Below are positions 30,031 to 47,470 of a stretch of 64,000 nt of DNA, one piece after another; the stretch's first letter is position 1; every line of letters begins with the position of its first letter. This DNA is from the human T2T-CHM13v2.0 reference genome, Homo sapiens, in the NCBI RefSeq assembly GCF_009914755.1, contig NC_060939.1; one strand, given 5' to 3'. The notes under the pieces were generated by a model, which saw only the letters and a program-made list of their open reading frames with translations, made no database searches and had not been told where the DNA came from. A program made the translations under genes and the position numbers.

Positions 30031-31941
30031 AATGTTTTTGAAAAAAGCATTAAATGTGATATGAAAATAATCTCAAAGCACAAACAGAATACCTTCAGCT
30101 CAGGAGATGAAAGGGCACGTAGAGAGAGAATAGCAAAGCATCTTTCCATATTGATTTACCAACTCGAACACAGGTACACTTGCTTCAGGAAGATCCCCCC
30201 AAGTTCCAGAGACTCATCCTCTTTCATCTTCTTCATCATATTCCGCATTTTTCACTCACCAGTTTTAGCATCTGGTGCTAACTACGTAACCAGTTTTTGA
30301 AAGACAGATGCCTATTACTCGCATGTCTCAAAAAGCCCCATTTTCAGATATAATTTAGCAGGACTCCAACAAACAGACCAGAATTTATTGAGAGCTTGCA
30401 GTGAGGAGTGCCTTAATTCCAACACGACTATGTTGACAACACATCCTCTTGTGAGTGAAGCATTCATACAGAATGAGTCGTTGAAACTCAATAACATATG
30501 CCTACTGTACAAGAAAGGTAATAATCAATATAATGCTCTAAAATTATTCTGGGGACATAGGGGACATTTGTCCAAGATTTATGAGATGTGAGCAACCAAG
30601 AGAGCGTGAACACTGATATTTAACAAGTGCTCCAAATCAGTAGATGGGCATTTGATTTTCCAGTTAGGGCTGCAGTCAGGGTCTCTTAGCTTCAATACTA
30701 TACACAGAGAATTTCAATGACAGATCTTGATTAAAATAACAATAATAACAACCCCTCATTTTTATATTGCAGCCTGGCACCATTTAACTTAATTTTACTG
30801 CATAAAAATAGCAATCCTATACTCCATGCAAACTAGAATGGCAGTGGAATTTATGTAGTGAAGAAAGTGACAAATTATTTTCCAAATATAAAGCAAACTT
30901 AAGGTTTTATAGGGAAATAAATGGGGGTAAAAATATTTTAATCCTTATTTTTCTGATAATTGTGTTCTGCTCTTATAAATAGAAAGCTGCACTTTCATTA
31001 TTTTATAATATAGTGAGTTTATCAGCCACCTGTATGAAAATTGTATAGTAAGAGTAGGTATGTGTCCACTTGGTTGGTTCATTCGACTTATACACATCAT
31101 TTACTTTATCTCGAATGGTTATTTTTTAAGCCTTGGTTTTGCTACAACATGTAAAGGTGTCCATCTTTTTGCAATATTAAATCTTCATTCAAGTGACTTT
31201 TCTTTGTTTCTTTGCCTATGTATCTGCGTTGCTCCTGTACTTCTGTGAACCATATTTCAGTGAGTAATGATGACACTAGCAGTCCAGCCTGCATGGATGC
31301 TGACATGGATGCTGTCTCCCATTCTTACCACTGGATGGGAAGAAATGCTAGATGCAATCCAGCCAGTCTGTACTCGACTGTCAGTTCCATCTTCTCAACT
31401 CACAGTGTCTTCCAAAGTCCGTGCCACACCACAGCCTGGAACATCTCCCAAGGTGGTATATTCAGGCAATGGTAGAGCTCATGTCACGCTATTGTATGTC
31501 TCAGGTATCACTGTCCTTCACTGTTTTATATATTCTCTCTTACAAATCATTGTTCCATACACTTTGCCTCTTTTGTGTTTGTTTATACATGTGTTATGAC
31601 ATGTCTAAACCTCACAGTGAGGATATTAGAATTGGGTTCTTCATATCTAGAGGTGTGGATCATTGGGAAGCATCTTAGAACCTACCTGCCACATCAGGCC
31701 CTGTCTAATCTGTATCAGTTTCTGGGTCTTCACTTATTTTTTTGCCCTTGATCTTAGTGAAAAGAACTTGTCAGGTGTTCCATAGGATGTATCACAATAT
31801 GGATTTGTTATTTTTTTTTCATAATTTGAGTAAGAATAAACATTAATTTATACACGTATTTGTCTAATGTTGAAGACAAAAAAATACCTGCACAATATAT
31901 TATTTAGAAATACAAATATAGAAAATAATAATGAAGAGTGA

Positions 31942-32101
31942 GGCTGGGCATGGTGGCTCATGCCTGTAATCCCAGCAATTTGGGAAGCTCAGGTGGGTAG
32001 ATCACTTGAGGCCAGGAGTTTGAGCCCAGCCTAAGTAACATGGTGAAACCCTATCTCTACTAAAAATACAGAAATTAGCCGGGTGTGGTGGTGCATGCCT
32101 G
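31942..32101 (+). mobile_element. Alu left-arm fragment
   Basis: ggctgggcatggtggctcatgcc...gtggtgcatgcctg, ending abruptly. Confidence 0.93.
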
Positions 32102-33130
32102 AATGTTTCATATATTCTGGATAATAGTCTCCTAACAGTTATATGACTTGAGAATATCTTCTTCCATTATTTCAGTTGTCTTGATGGTGTACGTTGCATC
32201 TTAAAAGGTATTGATCCACATGAAGTTCAATGTATCTATTTTTTTTTCTGTCACTTTTACTTTTGTGTCACATGTTAGAATCCATTGTTTCATGTAAGGC
32301 CATGAAAATCTATTTTTATGTTCTCTTCTGTGGGATTTTTAGTTTTAGCTCTTACATTTAGCCACATATTCTGAGTCAAATACATATATGGTGCAGGAAA
32401 CAGTTTAACTTGCTGTGGATATCCCTTTCTCCCAGCAACATTTGTTGAAAAACTATTTTTTCATGTTGAATTAATTTTTCAACCTTGAAAATAAGTTTGC
32501 CCTATATATAAAGATTGATTTTGGGGTGCTCAACTCTATTCTGTTGGCTTATATGTCTTTCCTCATGTTATGTGAGTTTTCCATGGATGCTCTTTGTAGG
32601 TTTAGAAAGTTTTCTTCTATGCCTAATTTTCCCAGAGCTTTTATCATGAATGGGTTTGGAATTTGTCAAATGCTTATTCTGTATCTTTAGAGGTGACCGA
32701 CCATGAGTCTTTTTAAAAAATTCTATTAGTATAGTTTATAACACCAATTGTTTTTATATGTTTAACCAGACTTACATTGCAGGGATAAATAGTTTTGTTC
32801 CTAGTGTATACTCCTTTTTATATGTTACTAATTAATTTTGATAATATTTCCTTGATACTTTTTACCTGTTTCACATTGGTCTATAATTTTCTTTTCTTGA
32901 AATGTCTTTGTCTAGCTGTGGTGTCAGGGAACACTGGCTTCATACATTGCATTAGGAAAAGTTCTCTACTCGTCTGTTTTTATTGATTGTTATTAATTCC
33001 CAAAAGGCTTTGAATAACTCACCAGTGAAGTCTTCTTGACCTGGACAGAAATTGAATCCTCCCAAGAATCCCAGGAGCTTGGAAGGGGATCCTTCCCCAG
33101 ATGAGCCTTCCCTTGAAATCTCTGCCAGGC
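32102..33130 (-). mobile_element. Old L1M relic plus MLT1-like junction
   Basis: Same L1-to-MLT junction as at ~8170, ~29610 and ~45480. Confidence 0.7.
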
Positions 33131-33134
33131 ATCT

Positions 33135-33580
33135 GACCCAGCGACCCATTTCTATCTTCCTTCTCCATGGGATCTTTGAGCCATAATTTATAAAATCACC
33201 TCTACATCTCTTGTATTTTTGTTATGTCTAATAATCTCTTGAGGTCTCTCTAGGGACAGTGACTATAAATTATCACCCTGCCCAACAGGACTCCAGGAAA
33301 CTGTGTCCTGGATGTTTACAGTGTGCCTCTCCTGGGATACTTATTTATCCTGATGGATACCCCAAAGCATAAGTGTACAATCTTTGACCCAGCATCCTTC
33401 TCACAGGATATTTGTTTATACTGTCAGACACCCTTGTGGCACTTGTTCGACCTGTGTCCACTCCATTCCCACCAATGTAGCCACTGTCTAGGAGAGCTCT
33501 GAGTTCGAGAAAAGTTGAGCTCACATGTGTTGGTCATGTGAGCCACGGAGGAGGCAACTCAACAAAGCACAGGTATTTCT
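33135..33580. mobile_element. MER21-like LTR element fragment
   Basis: ttgtttatactgtcagacacccttgtggc; similar to 46830-47470. Confidence 0.6.
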
Positions 33581-34616
33581 TGCAGGTGGGGATCGTTGGG
33601 CACCATTGCAGGGTCTAACTGACACATTAGGTCTTCTCCAATCTGCAAGTTTCATAGTCTTCACTTCTTTTTCTTGACCTTGACCCTGTTGAAATGTACA
33701 GGTCAGATATTTTGTAAGATATCCCACAGTATGGATTTGTCTCATGATTTCTCATGATTAAATTAGGGACATGTATACATTAAACACATGTCATCTAAGT
33801 TTGAAGACAAGAAAAACTAAACATCATAGATATTAGAAATATAAACATAGAGATAAATATAACAAGCACAAATTAGAGGATAACAAATAAATTCACAGTA
33901 ATAGTTACCTTCAGTGATTAAGGAAGATGATGAAGCTAAGGAGATCCATTAATGGCTATCAACATATTGCTCATGTTCTATTTTATGAGGTCAGCAGTGA
34001 CTTTAAATAAAAAGAAACTTTATACATTTAAGAATCGTTTAGGATTTACAGAATTGTTTTAAATATATAACATAGACTTTCCATATATCCCACTACAGTT
34101 GCTCTTTTTATTAACTTCTTAATGTAGGACATTTGTCACAATTAACCAATTTTAAACAGTATCATTATCCACTCTTCATACTTTATTCAGATTTTCTTAG
34201 TTTTCACTTAATGTCTAATTTCTATTCCAGGACCTTGTCCAAGATACCTCAGCACAGTTAAATATCACGTCTCCTTAGATTTCTCTGACTGTTGCAGTTT
34301 CTTAGCGTTTCCTAGTTTTTGATGGCATTGACATTCCTAATGTGGGATTTCTTTTTAGGTTTTTTTTCATGATGAGACTAGATTTGTGGGTTTAGGGGAG
34401 GAAGATGACAGAGGAAAGGTGCCATTCTCCTCACATCATACCAAGGGCACAGGCTCTCAACAGGCTTTATCACTGTTAATGTTAATTTGATCACCTAGAT
34501 GAGGTCATTTTTATCAAATTGTCACACACGGTGAAATTATTATTTTTCCCTTTCCCCATAGAATGTTTCAGAACAAAGTCACTAACACAACACACATTTA
34601 AGAAGTGGGGAGTCAT

Positions 34617-34921
<305 letters not shown>

Positions 34922-35234
34922 GTGGGGATTCACGATCTACCTTTTTATTGGCAGAATGTCTACAAATTTATTTGAACTCTCAACTGTAAGCGTGTCTATT
35001 CTACTACACATTTATTCATTTATACATAAATTATTTATGTCATCATCTAAACATGGATATTTATTTTATACTTTACATAAGCCACTGTGCCTGGCCCAGA
35101 GCCTCTTCTTTTAGCCATGGTACTTCTCTATAATGAAGTAAAAAATGTAACAACCTGCATGTCTTGCACCTACACCAATACTTTCAGCTGTACCTTAAAT
35201 AAAGCTGTAGGTGTAGAACTTTTTTAAAAAAAAT

Positions 35235-35543
35235 AAATTTTAATTTTTTTTTTGACAGGATCTTGCTCTTACACCTGGGCTGGAGTACAGTGGCAAGATC
35301 TTGGCTCACTGGAGCCTCGACTTCTGGGCTTAAGCGATCCTCCCACCTCACTTTCCCAAGTAGCTAGGATCACAGGTGCACAACTCCATGCCCAGTTAGA
35401 TTTTTTTTGTTGTTGTATTTTTTGTAGAGATGGGGTTTCACCTTGTTGCCCAGGCTGATCTCCAATTCCCAATTTCAAGCAATTCACCCACCTCAGCCTC
35501 CTGAAGTGCTGGGATTACAGGCGGGAGCCACTGCACCCGGCTG
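35235..35543 (-). mobile_element. Alu (AluJ-like)
   Basis: Divergent antisense Alu flanked by tagaactt. Confidence 0.92.
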
Positions 35544-37061
35544 GTTTAGAACTTAGAACGTTGCTGTAGACTCTTAAATCCCTTAATATCCTTGTGAATC
35601 TGAGACAATCCCCCAACACCACTCCCCACTTTATGTATAAATACTTTCAACAACAGCCAGTAATATTGAAAACCTTGAGATGCACCCATAGTAACCTCCT
35701 GCACTGGTGTAGATTCCCCTGTGACAGGTTGTTTCTCCTCCAGACCATGCCCACCAAAGTCAAAGCCACATGGGAGCCTCTGAGCTCAGAGCCACTGTAT
35801 GGGGTCTCCATGCACAAGGGCAGCAGCTCCCTGTCCTTTCTGTTGGTGAGGTGGGGAATTCAGTTCTTTTGAATAAGGCTGAGTTTATTCAATACTGATT
35901 CTGCTGGCTGACGAGTGATACCTTAAGACTTTATTTCTTGCATTGTAATATTTATCCTGGTTTTGATATGATTTGTTGTGCAAATGTGTTTAACACTTGG
36001 GTATATTTTTTTTCTTTTTTTGTTCTCATAAACATTATCTAAAACCAAATTTTTATTTTTGTGTTGTGTGTTTAAGGTCTTTAGTCCTCTGTTTTAAAAA
36101 TGCATTCACAATTATTTTTCAATGAACACTTTTAAATATTTTAATCTTTTCTCGTATTTCTCTCTCCTAAACTGAATGTGAATATCACTTTTATTAGAAA
36201 AGACAGATGTTACACATTCTCTATGTTTTTGTGCAAATTTTCTCTGAAATATCTCTGGTTGAAAAGGAGAAGGACAGAAACTGTTCTGGAAGCCACAAGG
36301 CAAAATTGGCTCAGATCCTTATGCTTAAAAAGATGTGTAAAACTTTCCATTATATGGCTTAGTTTGCTGTACATGTGGAAGGTTAACAAGGCATTGATTT
36401 GTGTAGCAGTCACGTCTGAATACAAGGAGCAACCATTTCTTAACTGTGCAGGTGTGAACTTCATGATGTTGCTTTATCTTCTCCTTATACAAAGATTTAG
36501 ACAATGGCTGGACTCCATAATTCCTTCCACCTCACTTCCATAAATGTCTACATGACATTTCTTTTTACAGATCACCTATTCTATTAGATATTAATTTTTC
36601 TTATTTTTCATGAGTGATTATTAAATTTGGTTTTAGTTCTCAGAGATATAAAAAATACCACTTAGAAAATGTGTACATTGAGTGCTGTAATCAGAAAATA
36701 CTTTTGTGCCATTGACTTGTAAAAAGGGAATTTCAATTTTTTATTTATTGTCATTTTCCTCTACCTTAATATTCTCAAAAAGCTTTCATGCTTATGCTCT
36801 TTTTTAATTTTAATTTTTGTTGTCTTAGTCAAAAAACATGCGAGGGTTGGGAATACTTGTTCAAGATGTGTGAGACATGAGCAATCAACAGAGAAAAATA
36901 CTGGTATTTTATGGGAATATGTAATAATAGATGGGCACTTGCCCTGCTAGGTATGGCAGCAGTCAGGGTCTGTGGGCTTCAGTGCTGTACACAGAATTGA
37001 CAGATCCTGCTTTAAGGAAAAAAGTGCCCCTCATCTATCGTATCACAGCCTGGCACCATTT

Positions 37062-37833
37062 TGTTACGAAACCCAGGTTTGGCCATGGCCACTTCCAAAA
37101 TCAAGTAACAGAAGGGTAGTAAAAAGAAAGTCACTGGCCGGGCGCGGTGGCTCACATCTGTAATCCCAGCACTTTGGGAGGCCGAGGCGGGATGATCACC
37201 TGAGGTCAGCATTTCAAGACCAGCCTGGCCAACATGGCGAAACCCTCTCTGTACTAAAAATACATAAATTAGCCGAGCACAGTGGCATGTGCCTGTAATC
37301 CCAGCTACTGGGGGACAGAGCGAGACTCCGTCTCCAAAAAACAAAAAGAAAGTCACTTTATTCCCGAGCTTAGCAATGTGGAAGGGCGGGATTCATATCT
37401 AAAGGAACCATATAAGTTTTCTGGGCAGAAAACAGGATTTTAAGAAGAAATATTGGCAAGCAGGGCATGCAGAAGGGGTGTGGAGGTGCAGGACCTATAT
37501 GACTTGCTGGATGACTTATCTCTAGTCTTGGGTGATTCGTTAGCCTGCCCAGCATCACTGGGGAAAGAGTCAGGTTGTGGATTAACTGAGGTCTTGAGAC
37601 CATCTCTGTATGGAGGAGAATTCTGGCGGATGCTTGTTTTGGTTCAAGATTTGGTAATTTGTAAGCAAACATATACTTAGCTAAGCTGACAGTGCGTGCT
37701 GGTGGTTTGGCTGGTGGAAAAGAAGGACGGAAAAGTTTGAATTTGCATTTCTAAGGAGCTAAGTAAGACATGAACACACAGGAAAAAGAGAAAAAGTACA
37801 TATTTTTTAAGGAAAATGAAGTACTTGGTTACA
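37062..37833 (-). mobile_element. Class I ERV 3' LTR with a nested Alu
   Basis: tgttacg...ggttaca termini; the env relic lies on its internal side. Confidence 0.65.
37136..37350 (+). mobile_element. Alu with an internal right-arm deletion
   Basis: cccagctactg joined directly to ggggacagagcgagactcc; TSD aagaaagtcact. Confidence 0.93.
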
Positions 37834-38222
37834 ACACCCCACTGTCACATTCCACTTTATTTTTATTCAATTGGAGCATCATACTCACTTGGTCTGCTTC
37901 CTACTGAAAGGGGGCATAGTTATAGAGCATTAGAATGAAATCTGTTTACTTGGAGTTGGAAATATTCTTGAGTTTTCAGCAGGAACTTACTGTGCATGTA
38001 TGGTGTGAGGATCCAAGAATTTCTGAGAATGATTTCCTGCATCTCCATGCAGAGTGTACAACAGCAATAAAATTCATAGCAGCTGAAGAGGGCATTTAGC
38101 AGTATTAATAATATATATAAAAGTATTTGATGCACCAAGAAGCCGACTAAATCATGAAGTCATAGAGTCCTGAGAGAGGGCATCTTTAACAGAAATATGG
38201 GTATCTACATGCATAGCTTGGG

Positions 38223-38480
38223 TTATATTGTGAGAATAATCTGGTGTGTGTGTGTGTGTGTGTGTATGTGTATAAAATGGTCAGTCTTAATGAATGCACA
38301 AGTGCCACCCTGGGCTACAGTGAAGATATCTAAAGCCATATGATTTAAAGACATCCTGAGATTAGACATAGCATTAGTTTGCTTGTGCATGTCTTTTAGG
38401 GCTGAGGATATGTTTCTAGAATTATCCAGGAAGTCCACACAGCATTTAGTCTTAATTATAGTGCAAAGCCCCAAATGCCA
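38223..38480 (-). pseudogene. env: ERV env transmembrane-subunit relic
   Basis: LNHMALDIFTVAQGGTCAFIKT resembles the immunosuppressive domain LQNRxALDxLxAxQGGxC; CTIIKTKCC is a CX6CC motif. Confidence 0.85.
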
Positions 38481-38624
38481 GTTGTACCCAGAGCTCCTGT
38501 GGAGGTATGAGGACAAGTCGGTTAACTATACATACTTAACAGGCTACAGGAGGAGTTGCAAATATTCATGAAGGTGGTGCTGACCTATGTTTATTAACAA
38601 ATATCCATGGAACATGCAACTCAT

Positions 38625-41294
<2,670 letters not shown>

Positions 41295-42689
41295 GAGCAA
41301 GACTCTGTTTCAACAACAACAAAAAAGCAGCCATTATTTAATTATATTTTCATAAGCATAAGATATATATAGATATGTGTATATATATATATACATATAA
41401 GTAAAATGAAAGATAGGAAAGAGGGACAAAAGGAAAAATACAGGAAAAAGGAAGAAATAGGACTATTCTTTTATAAGATGGATACACTACTTCTGAGGCT
41501 GTATACTTTTATGTGAAAGGAGCTTAGATTAGTTGTAAATATAAATTGCCACCTCTAGGGCAGGATACTGGATGAGGAGCCTCAGGTTTTTGCTGTCTGT
41601 GGCCAGAAGCTGCATTCAGTTATTTCCCATGTTGGCTTCTCTCCCATGGCAGAATGTGTCATGAAAACCACCATGACAGAGAGCTTGCAGCAAGACAGGT
41701 ATCATAATCTTAGGTAACATGATGACCCAAGTGACATCCTGTCAGGTTGTAGTCTTCTGATGTATCATAGCAAGTTTCAGGTTCTCCCCAAAGTCACAAG
41801 GAAAGGATTAGATATTCTAATTAAGCTGTGAGGATCATTGTGCACCATCTTAGAGTTCACCTGCCAACGTCAGGTCTTGCTTAATCTGGGACAGGTTCTC
41901 AGTCCTCACTTTGTGAGAAAGCAGGTCACATATTTTGTAAAATGTATCAAAATTTTGATTTCTCTGAATGTTTCTCATAATTTTACTGAGCAGTATAGAT
42001 AGAGACATGTAATTATCTATTTGTGAAGACAAGAAACAGCAAACAGGACATTATTTACAAATACAAATTTAGAGACCAAAACTAAGAAAGAAAAATTTGT
42101 GAATGGGAAAAGGAAAATTAAACATAATAGTAATGTTCACCAAGGTAACAAGAAGGGTGGGAATGGGGAGGTGAGCACCTGGGACACTACGAGATCGACA
42201 ATGTTCTGCTTAGTAAGCTCAATAGTGTAATTTTTAAAATATATATATTTTATTTATTTTTAAATCTATTTTAGAATAGTTTGGATTTGCAGAATAGTTA
42301 CAAGTACATACAGAGAGTTTATATATGTTCAACACATAATTTCCCTTTTATAAATTCTTACATTCATTGCAGACATTTGTCGCAATTGATGAACCAGTAT
42401 TATACATTATCATTCACCAACATTCACAATTAATCAGATGTTCTGTTTTCACCTAATGTCCATATTCTGTTCCAGGATTCCGCCCAGGACACCACATCAC
42501 ATTTAGGTATCATGTGCCAGTTTCTCAGATTTTCCTTATTTCTGATATCGTTGAAATCCTTTGGGATGTCTCTGGTGTTTTCCTAATGATTGGATGACTG
42601 TTGTGAATTTAGCAGAGGAAACCCACAGAGGGAAACTTTTATTCTCATGATATTATAACAAGAGTACATAGTGTCAACATGCTGTATCA

Positions 42690-42995
42690 GTTTTTTTTTT
42701 TTTTTTTGAGACAGGGTCTCATTCTGTTGCTCAGGCCGGAGTGCAGTGGCGTGAACAAAGCTTGCTGCAGCCTGGAATTCTTGGGCTTGAATGATCCTCC
42801 ACCTCATCCTCTTGAGTAGATGGGACTACAGGCATGTGCCACCACTCTGGATGATTTAATTTTACTTTTACATTTGTAGAGGCAGAGTCTCACTACATTG
42901 CCCAGGCTGGTCTCTAAGTCCTGGCCCCAAGCGATCATCTCACCTCAGGCTCCCAAAGTGCTGGGATTACAGGAGTGAGCCACTGTGCCCAGCTG
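42690..42995 (-). mobile_element. Alu (AluJ-like)
   Basis: Antisense Alu with poly(T). Confidence 0.93.
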
Positions 42996-43062
42996 CTTTG
43001 TCATGGTTAATGTTATTTGATCACATGGATGAGGCAGTTTAGCTCAGTTTTGTCCACTATAA

Positions 43063-44189
43063 TATCGGGCGAAATTCACCCCCAATATTTCACGTGGGTT
43101 CTTTTCTATTTTCCCTAAGTGTCAGCCGGTCTGAGAAATAAAGGGACAGAGTACAAAAGAGAGAAATTTTAAAGCTGGGTGTCTGGGGGAGACGTCACAT
43201 GTTGGCAGGTTCCATGATGCCCCCTGAAGCATAAAAGCAGCAAGTTTTTATTAGTGATTTTCAAAAGGGGAGGGAGTGTACGAATAGGGTGTGGGTCACA
43301 GAGATCACATGCTTCACAAGCTAATAAGATATCACAAGGTAAATGGAGGCAGGGCGAGATCACAGGACCACAGGACTGGGGCAAAATTAAAATTGCTAAA
43401 GAAGTTTTGGGCATGCATTGTCATTGATAACATCTCATCGGGAAACAGGGTTTGAGAGCAGACAACTGGTCTGACCAAAATTTATTGGGCGGGAATTTCC
43501 TTGTCCTGATAAGTCTGGGAGCACTACGGGAGACCGGAGCTTATTTCATCCCACAGCTACAACCGTAAAAGACAGCTGCAACCGTAAAAGACAGCTGCAA
43601 CCGTAAAAGACAGCTGCCCTCAAAGCGGCCATTTTAGAGGCCTCCCCTCAGGGACGCATTCTCTCTCTCAGGGATGTTCCTTGCTGAGAAAAAGAATTCA
43701 GCGATATTTCTCCTATTTGCTTTTGAAAGAAGAGAAATATGGCTCTGTTCCACCTGGCTCACCGGCAGTCAGAATTTAAGCTTATCTCTCTTGTTCCCTG
43801 AATATTACTGTTATCCTGTTCTTTTTTCAAGGTGCCCAGATTTCATATTGTTCAAACACACATGCTTTATAAACAATTTGTGTAGTTAACGCAATCATCA
43901 CAGTGTCCTGAGGCGACATACATCATCCTTAGCTTACAAAGATGACGGGATTAAGAGATTAAAGTAAAGACAGGCATAGGAAATCACAAGGGTATTGATT
44001 GGGGAAGTGATAAGTGTCCATGAAATCTTCATAACTTATGTTCAGAGATTGCAGTAAAGACAGGCACAAGAAACTATAAAAGTATTAATTTCAGGAACTA
44101 ATATATGTCCATGAAATCTTCACAATTTATGTTCTTCCACCATGGCTTCAGCTAGTCCCTCCGTTTGGGGTCCCTGACTTCCCGCAACA
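43063..44189 (-). mobile_element. MER11 solo LTR (HERV-K HML-8)
   Basis: Reverse complement begins tgttgcgggaagtcagggaccccaaacggaggga; about 1.1 kb. Confidence 0.9.
43553..43617. repeat. 19-bp tandem repeat x3.4 inside MER11
   Basis: acagct(a/g)caaccgtaaaag repeated. Confidence 0.95.
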
Positions 44190-44319
44190 ATAAAATTAAT
44201 ATTATTCCACTTTTCATGTTGTACCTTTTGGAAAAAACATCAGTATGCACAGCACATACATAAAAAGTGGGGAATTATGCCCCATTGCCCTATGGACAGA
44301 CCTTCTATAAATGTCATTT

Positions 44320-45930
44320 GTGTTTCTGTAAAAAAAATTTAACATTCTTTGGGCTGTTCTAGATCAATTGCATTTTTCTGTGTGTTCTAGAATCAGTGGT
44401 CCAAGAATTGCTAAAATTGAAAAAAAATTAAAGTTAGAATTTTAGTAGGGCTTGTATTGAATCTGAAGATGCATTTAGAAAGTATAAGCATCTTGGTTAA
44501 TACTTAATAGCTTTCTGATCAATGAAAATCTAGTTCATATAGTATATTATGCTAACTCTTTTATTCATTTATTTAGGATTTCTTTAATACTTCAACATCA
44601 TTTGTAATTTTCAGTATATATATCTTACAGTTATATTAGGTTTATTTTCAAATATATTTCCTTTTTGATGCCGTGTTAAATGAAATTGTTTTCTGTTTCG
44701 TTATTTGATTAGTTTCTATTGTATAAAATGCAATTTATTACATTGATCATGACTGAATTTTTTTTTGTTCCAACCTTATTTTAGTGGATTTTTAAGGATT
44801 TTCTATACATTAGATTATGTCACTGGCCAATAGATGTTTGACTTCTTCCCTTTCAATTTGGAAGTCTTATATTTATTTTTCCAGCCTAATTTTATAAATT
44901 ACATCCTCAAGAATATTTAGTTGAATTAGTGGGAATAGATAACCTTTTGTGTTTATAATTTTGGGAAAATTACTGAGACCTACTTGATACCATGTGTTGT
45001 CATGTGAATTTTTCATGGGTGCCTGTGTTAGGTAAGAACATTCCCTTTCTGCAAAATTTGTTTAGTGTTTTTACTGTGAGTGGGTTTTTGAATTGGAAAG
45101 TGCTTATTCCATATCTTTAGATGTGATAATGAAAATTTTGTTATTTATTATATTAATATAGTTATTACACTAATTCTTTTTATAGGTTTTACCAAACTTG
45201 TGACCCTGAGTAAATAAATAAATAAATTAGTGTTTAATTCTGTTTTACAATCCTGGTTTGTGTTCAGGCTATTTCCTTGAGAATTATTGCCTGGGTACCC
45301 ATAAAGCATATTAGTTTATAGTTTTCCTTGTTTGGACTGCGTTTGTTTGATTGTGGCCTCAGAGGAAACTGCCTCATAGAATGTATTGCACACTGATCTC
45401 TTCTCTATTATTTTGTTTTTTTGGAGAACGGTTAGTAAAAAATTGCTGTTGATATTTTAAAGGTTTCAAATAATTCATCAGTGAATTCTTCTCAACCTGG
45501 TCAATCATGTGAACTTAGAAGATGATTCCTCCCCAGCTGATCCTCAGGTGAGACATCAGCCTTGGCCATCATCTACATCTGGATTCCTGACCCAGAGAAA
45601 CTGTGAGTAATTTGTGTGTGCTTTTGAGCCACTAAGCTACATGGTAATTGGCTATTCTGCAATAAACAATAATACACTTGATGATAAACATAATATGTTA
45701 TCCTTGATTAGATCCAAGAAAAGGAAAAATGGCATTAGTGAAAAACCTGGTAAAATATGAAGACAGTCAGTAGTTTAGTTAATAGTTTTGTGCCTTTATC
45801 AGTTTCTGAGTTTTCATAGATAGTCTATGGTTATGTGTATGATATTAATATAACAGGAAATTGAAGGCTATATACAAATTTATGTAAGATTTTAACAACT
45901 CTCTGTTAATCTAAAATTATTTCAAAATAA
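44320..45930. mobile_element. Old L1M, MLT1-like and L1 3'-end module
   Basis: Parallels 6760-8640. Confidence 0.7.
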
Positions 45931-46289
45931 ATAGAAGTGTAGACATGGCTCATATATTTGAGATCATGTCTTCCTGTTAACTTATTTGAGCCTTCATGGA
46001 ACTAAATCTCATGGTACAAATGCAGTAAGGTTTTAAAATATAAATCAGATGAGTTTCTATTTTACTCTCTTCTTCAGGGAACACTAAGACCCATTCTTCT
46101 TCTCAAGTATCCAAAAATAAAGTTGATCCAAGTAAGAAGTGGACAGCATAAAAGATTGTATGGAAGCTATAATGCATCTACATCTGCAGTAACTAATCAT
46201 AAAATGATTTGTATGATCATTCTTCACATGATTAGAATTACTATGGGAAAGAAGAAAAAGAAATGCAAGTTTCTTGATTTAAAATTTTA

Positions 46290-46472
46290 TCTGTGCAAGT
46301 GTGGTGGCACAAACCTGTAGTCAGTCCCAACTGCTAGGGAGGGTGGGTAGGATGATCATGTGATACCAGGAGTTTGAGGCTATATGGTGTACTATGATTG
46401 TGTTAGTGAATAACCAGTGCATTCCAGCCTGGGCAACGTAGTTAAACCCCATTAAATAAATAAATAAATAAG
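46290..46472 (+). mobile_element. Old Alu monomer
   Basis: gtgtggtggcacaaacctgtagtc...cagcctgggcaac followed by (TAAA)n. Confidence 0.8.
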
Positions 46473-46522
46473 TTACAGAGGTCGTTGTTTATATTTCTAT
46501 GATTAGGGCTGAAATCCTCTAG

Positions 46523-46828
<306 letters not shown>

Positions 46829-46829
46829 T

Positions 46830-47470
46830 GAGATTTTTCCTTATCTTTGGAGAGCCACCACTCCAGTGCAAACTTTCAAATAATGCCTTGCCATTTTTAG
46901 TTTCCCTCCCTAGGACTCCTGGAACCATAGTTCATAAAATTATCTCACAGCGTGTGTTTTATTCTTACTTCTGTTTGCTTTAAGGCCTCTCTGGATGGTG
47001 ACTATAACCTATAGCCTTGCCCAATATGACTCAGGATTTGGTACTGGCTGTGCCTTTCATGGGATGCTTACTTATCCTGGTCGATGGCCTAAAGCCCAAC
47101 CGTCCAGCTTATATCCAGGTATCCTTCTCACAGAGTACTTGTTTATACTGTAAGACACCCTGTGGCTCCTGTCTGACCTGTGTCTAGTTTATTCTACCAA
47201 GGAAACCACTCTTTAGGAGAGTGCTAAGTGGGAGAAAAGTGATGTCCATATGTGTTCATAAAGTGAAATACAGAGGAGGCAACTCAGCAAAAGGTGTATA
47301 ATGACATGCGTAATGTATTACTAACCAATCCCAGTAAGAAGAGGGCAGCATTCCTTGAAGTGCTGATGGACAGAGAAGAGCTCTCCAGGACATACACTCA
47401 TAAGCAGCAGGGGTGGTGGAGGAGCAACTAGAGAAAGACATAGTATTGTGCCATTTGGCTGAAGTCTTTA
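46830..47470. mobile_element. MER21-like LTR element fragment
   Basis: gacaccctgtggctcctgtctgacctgtgtctagtttattc. Confidence 0.6.

Noticed and set aside
30383-30520. Minus-strand acceptor-like ttcttgtacag followed by AATAAA, a possible terminal exon
   Set aside because: Short motifs common in AT-rich DNA, with no linked upstream exon I can support.
31212-31678. Three overlapping 87-110 aa ORFs in unique sequence
   Set aside because: No recognisable homology in any frame.
43553-43617. Short direct repeats as a CRISPR-like array
   Set aside because: No spacers, located inside an LTR, eukaryotic context.
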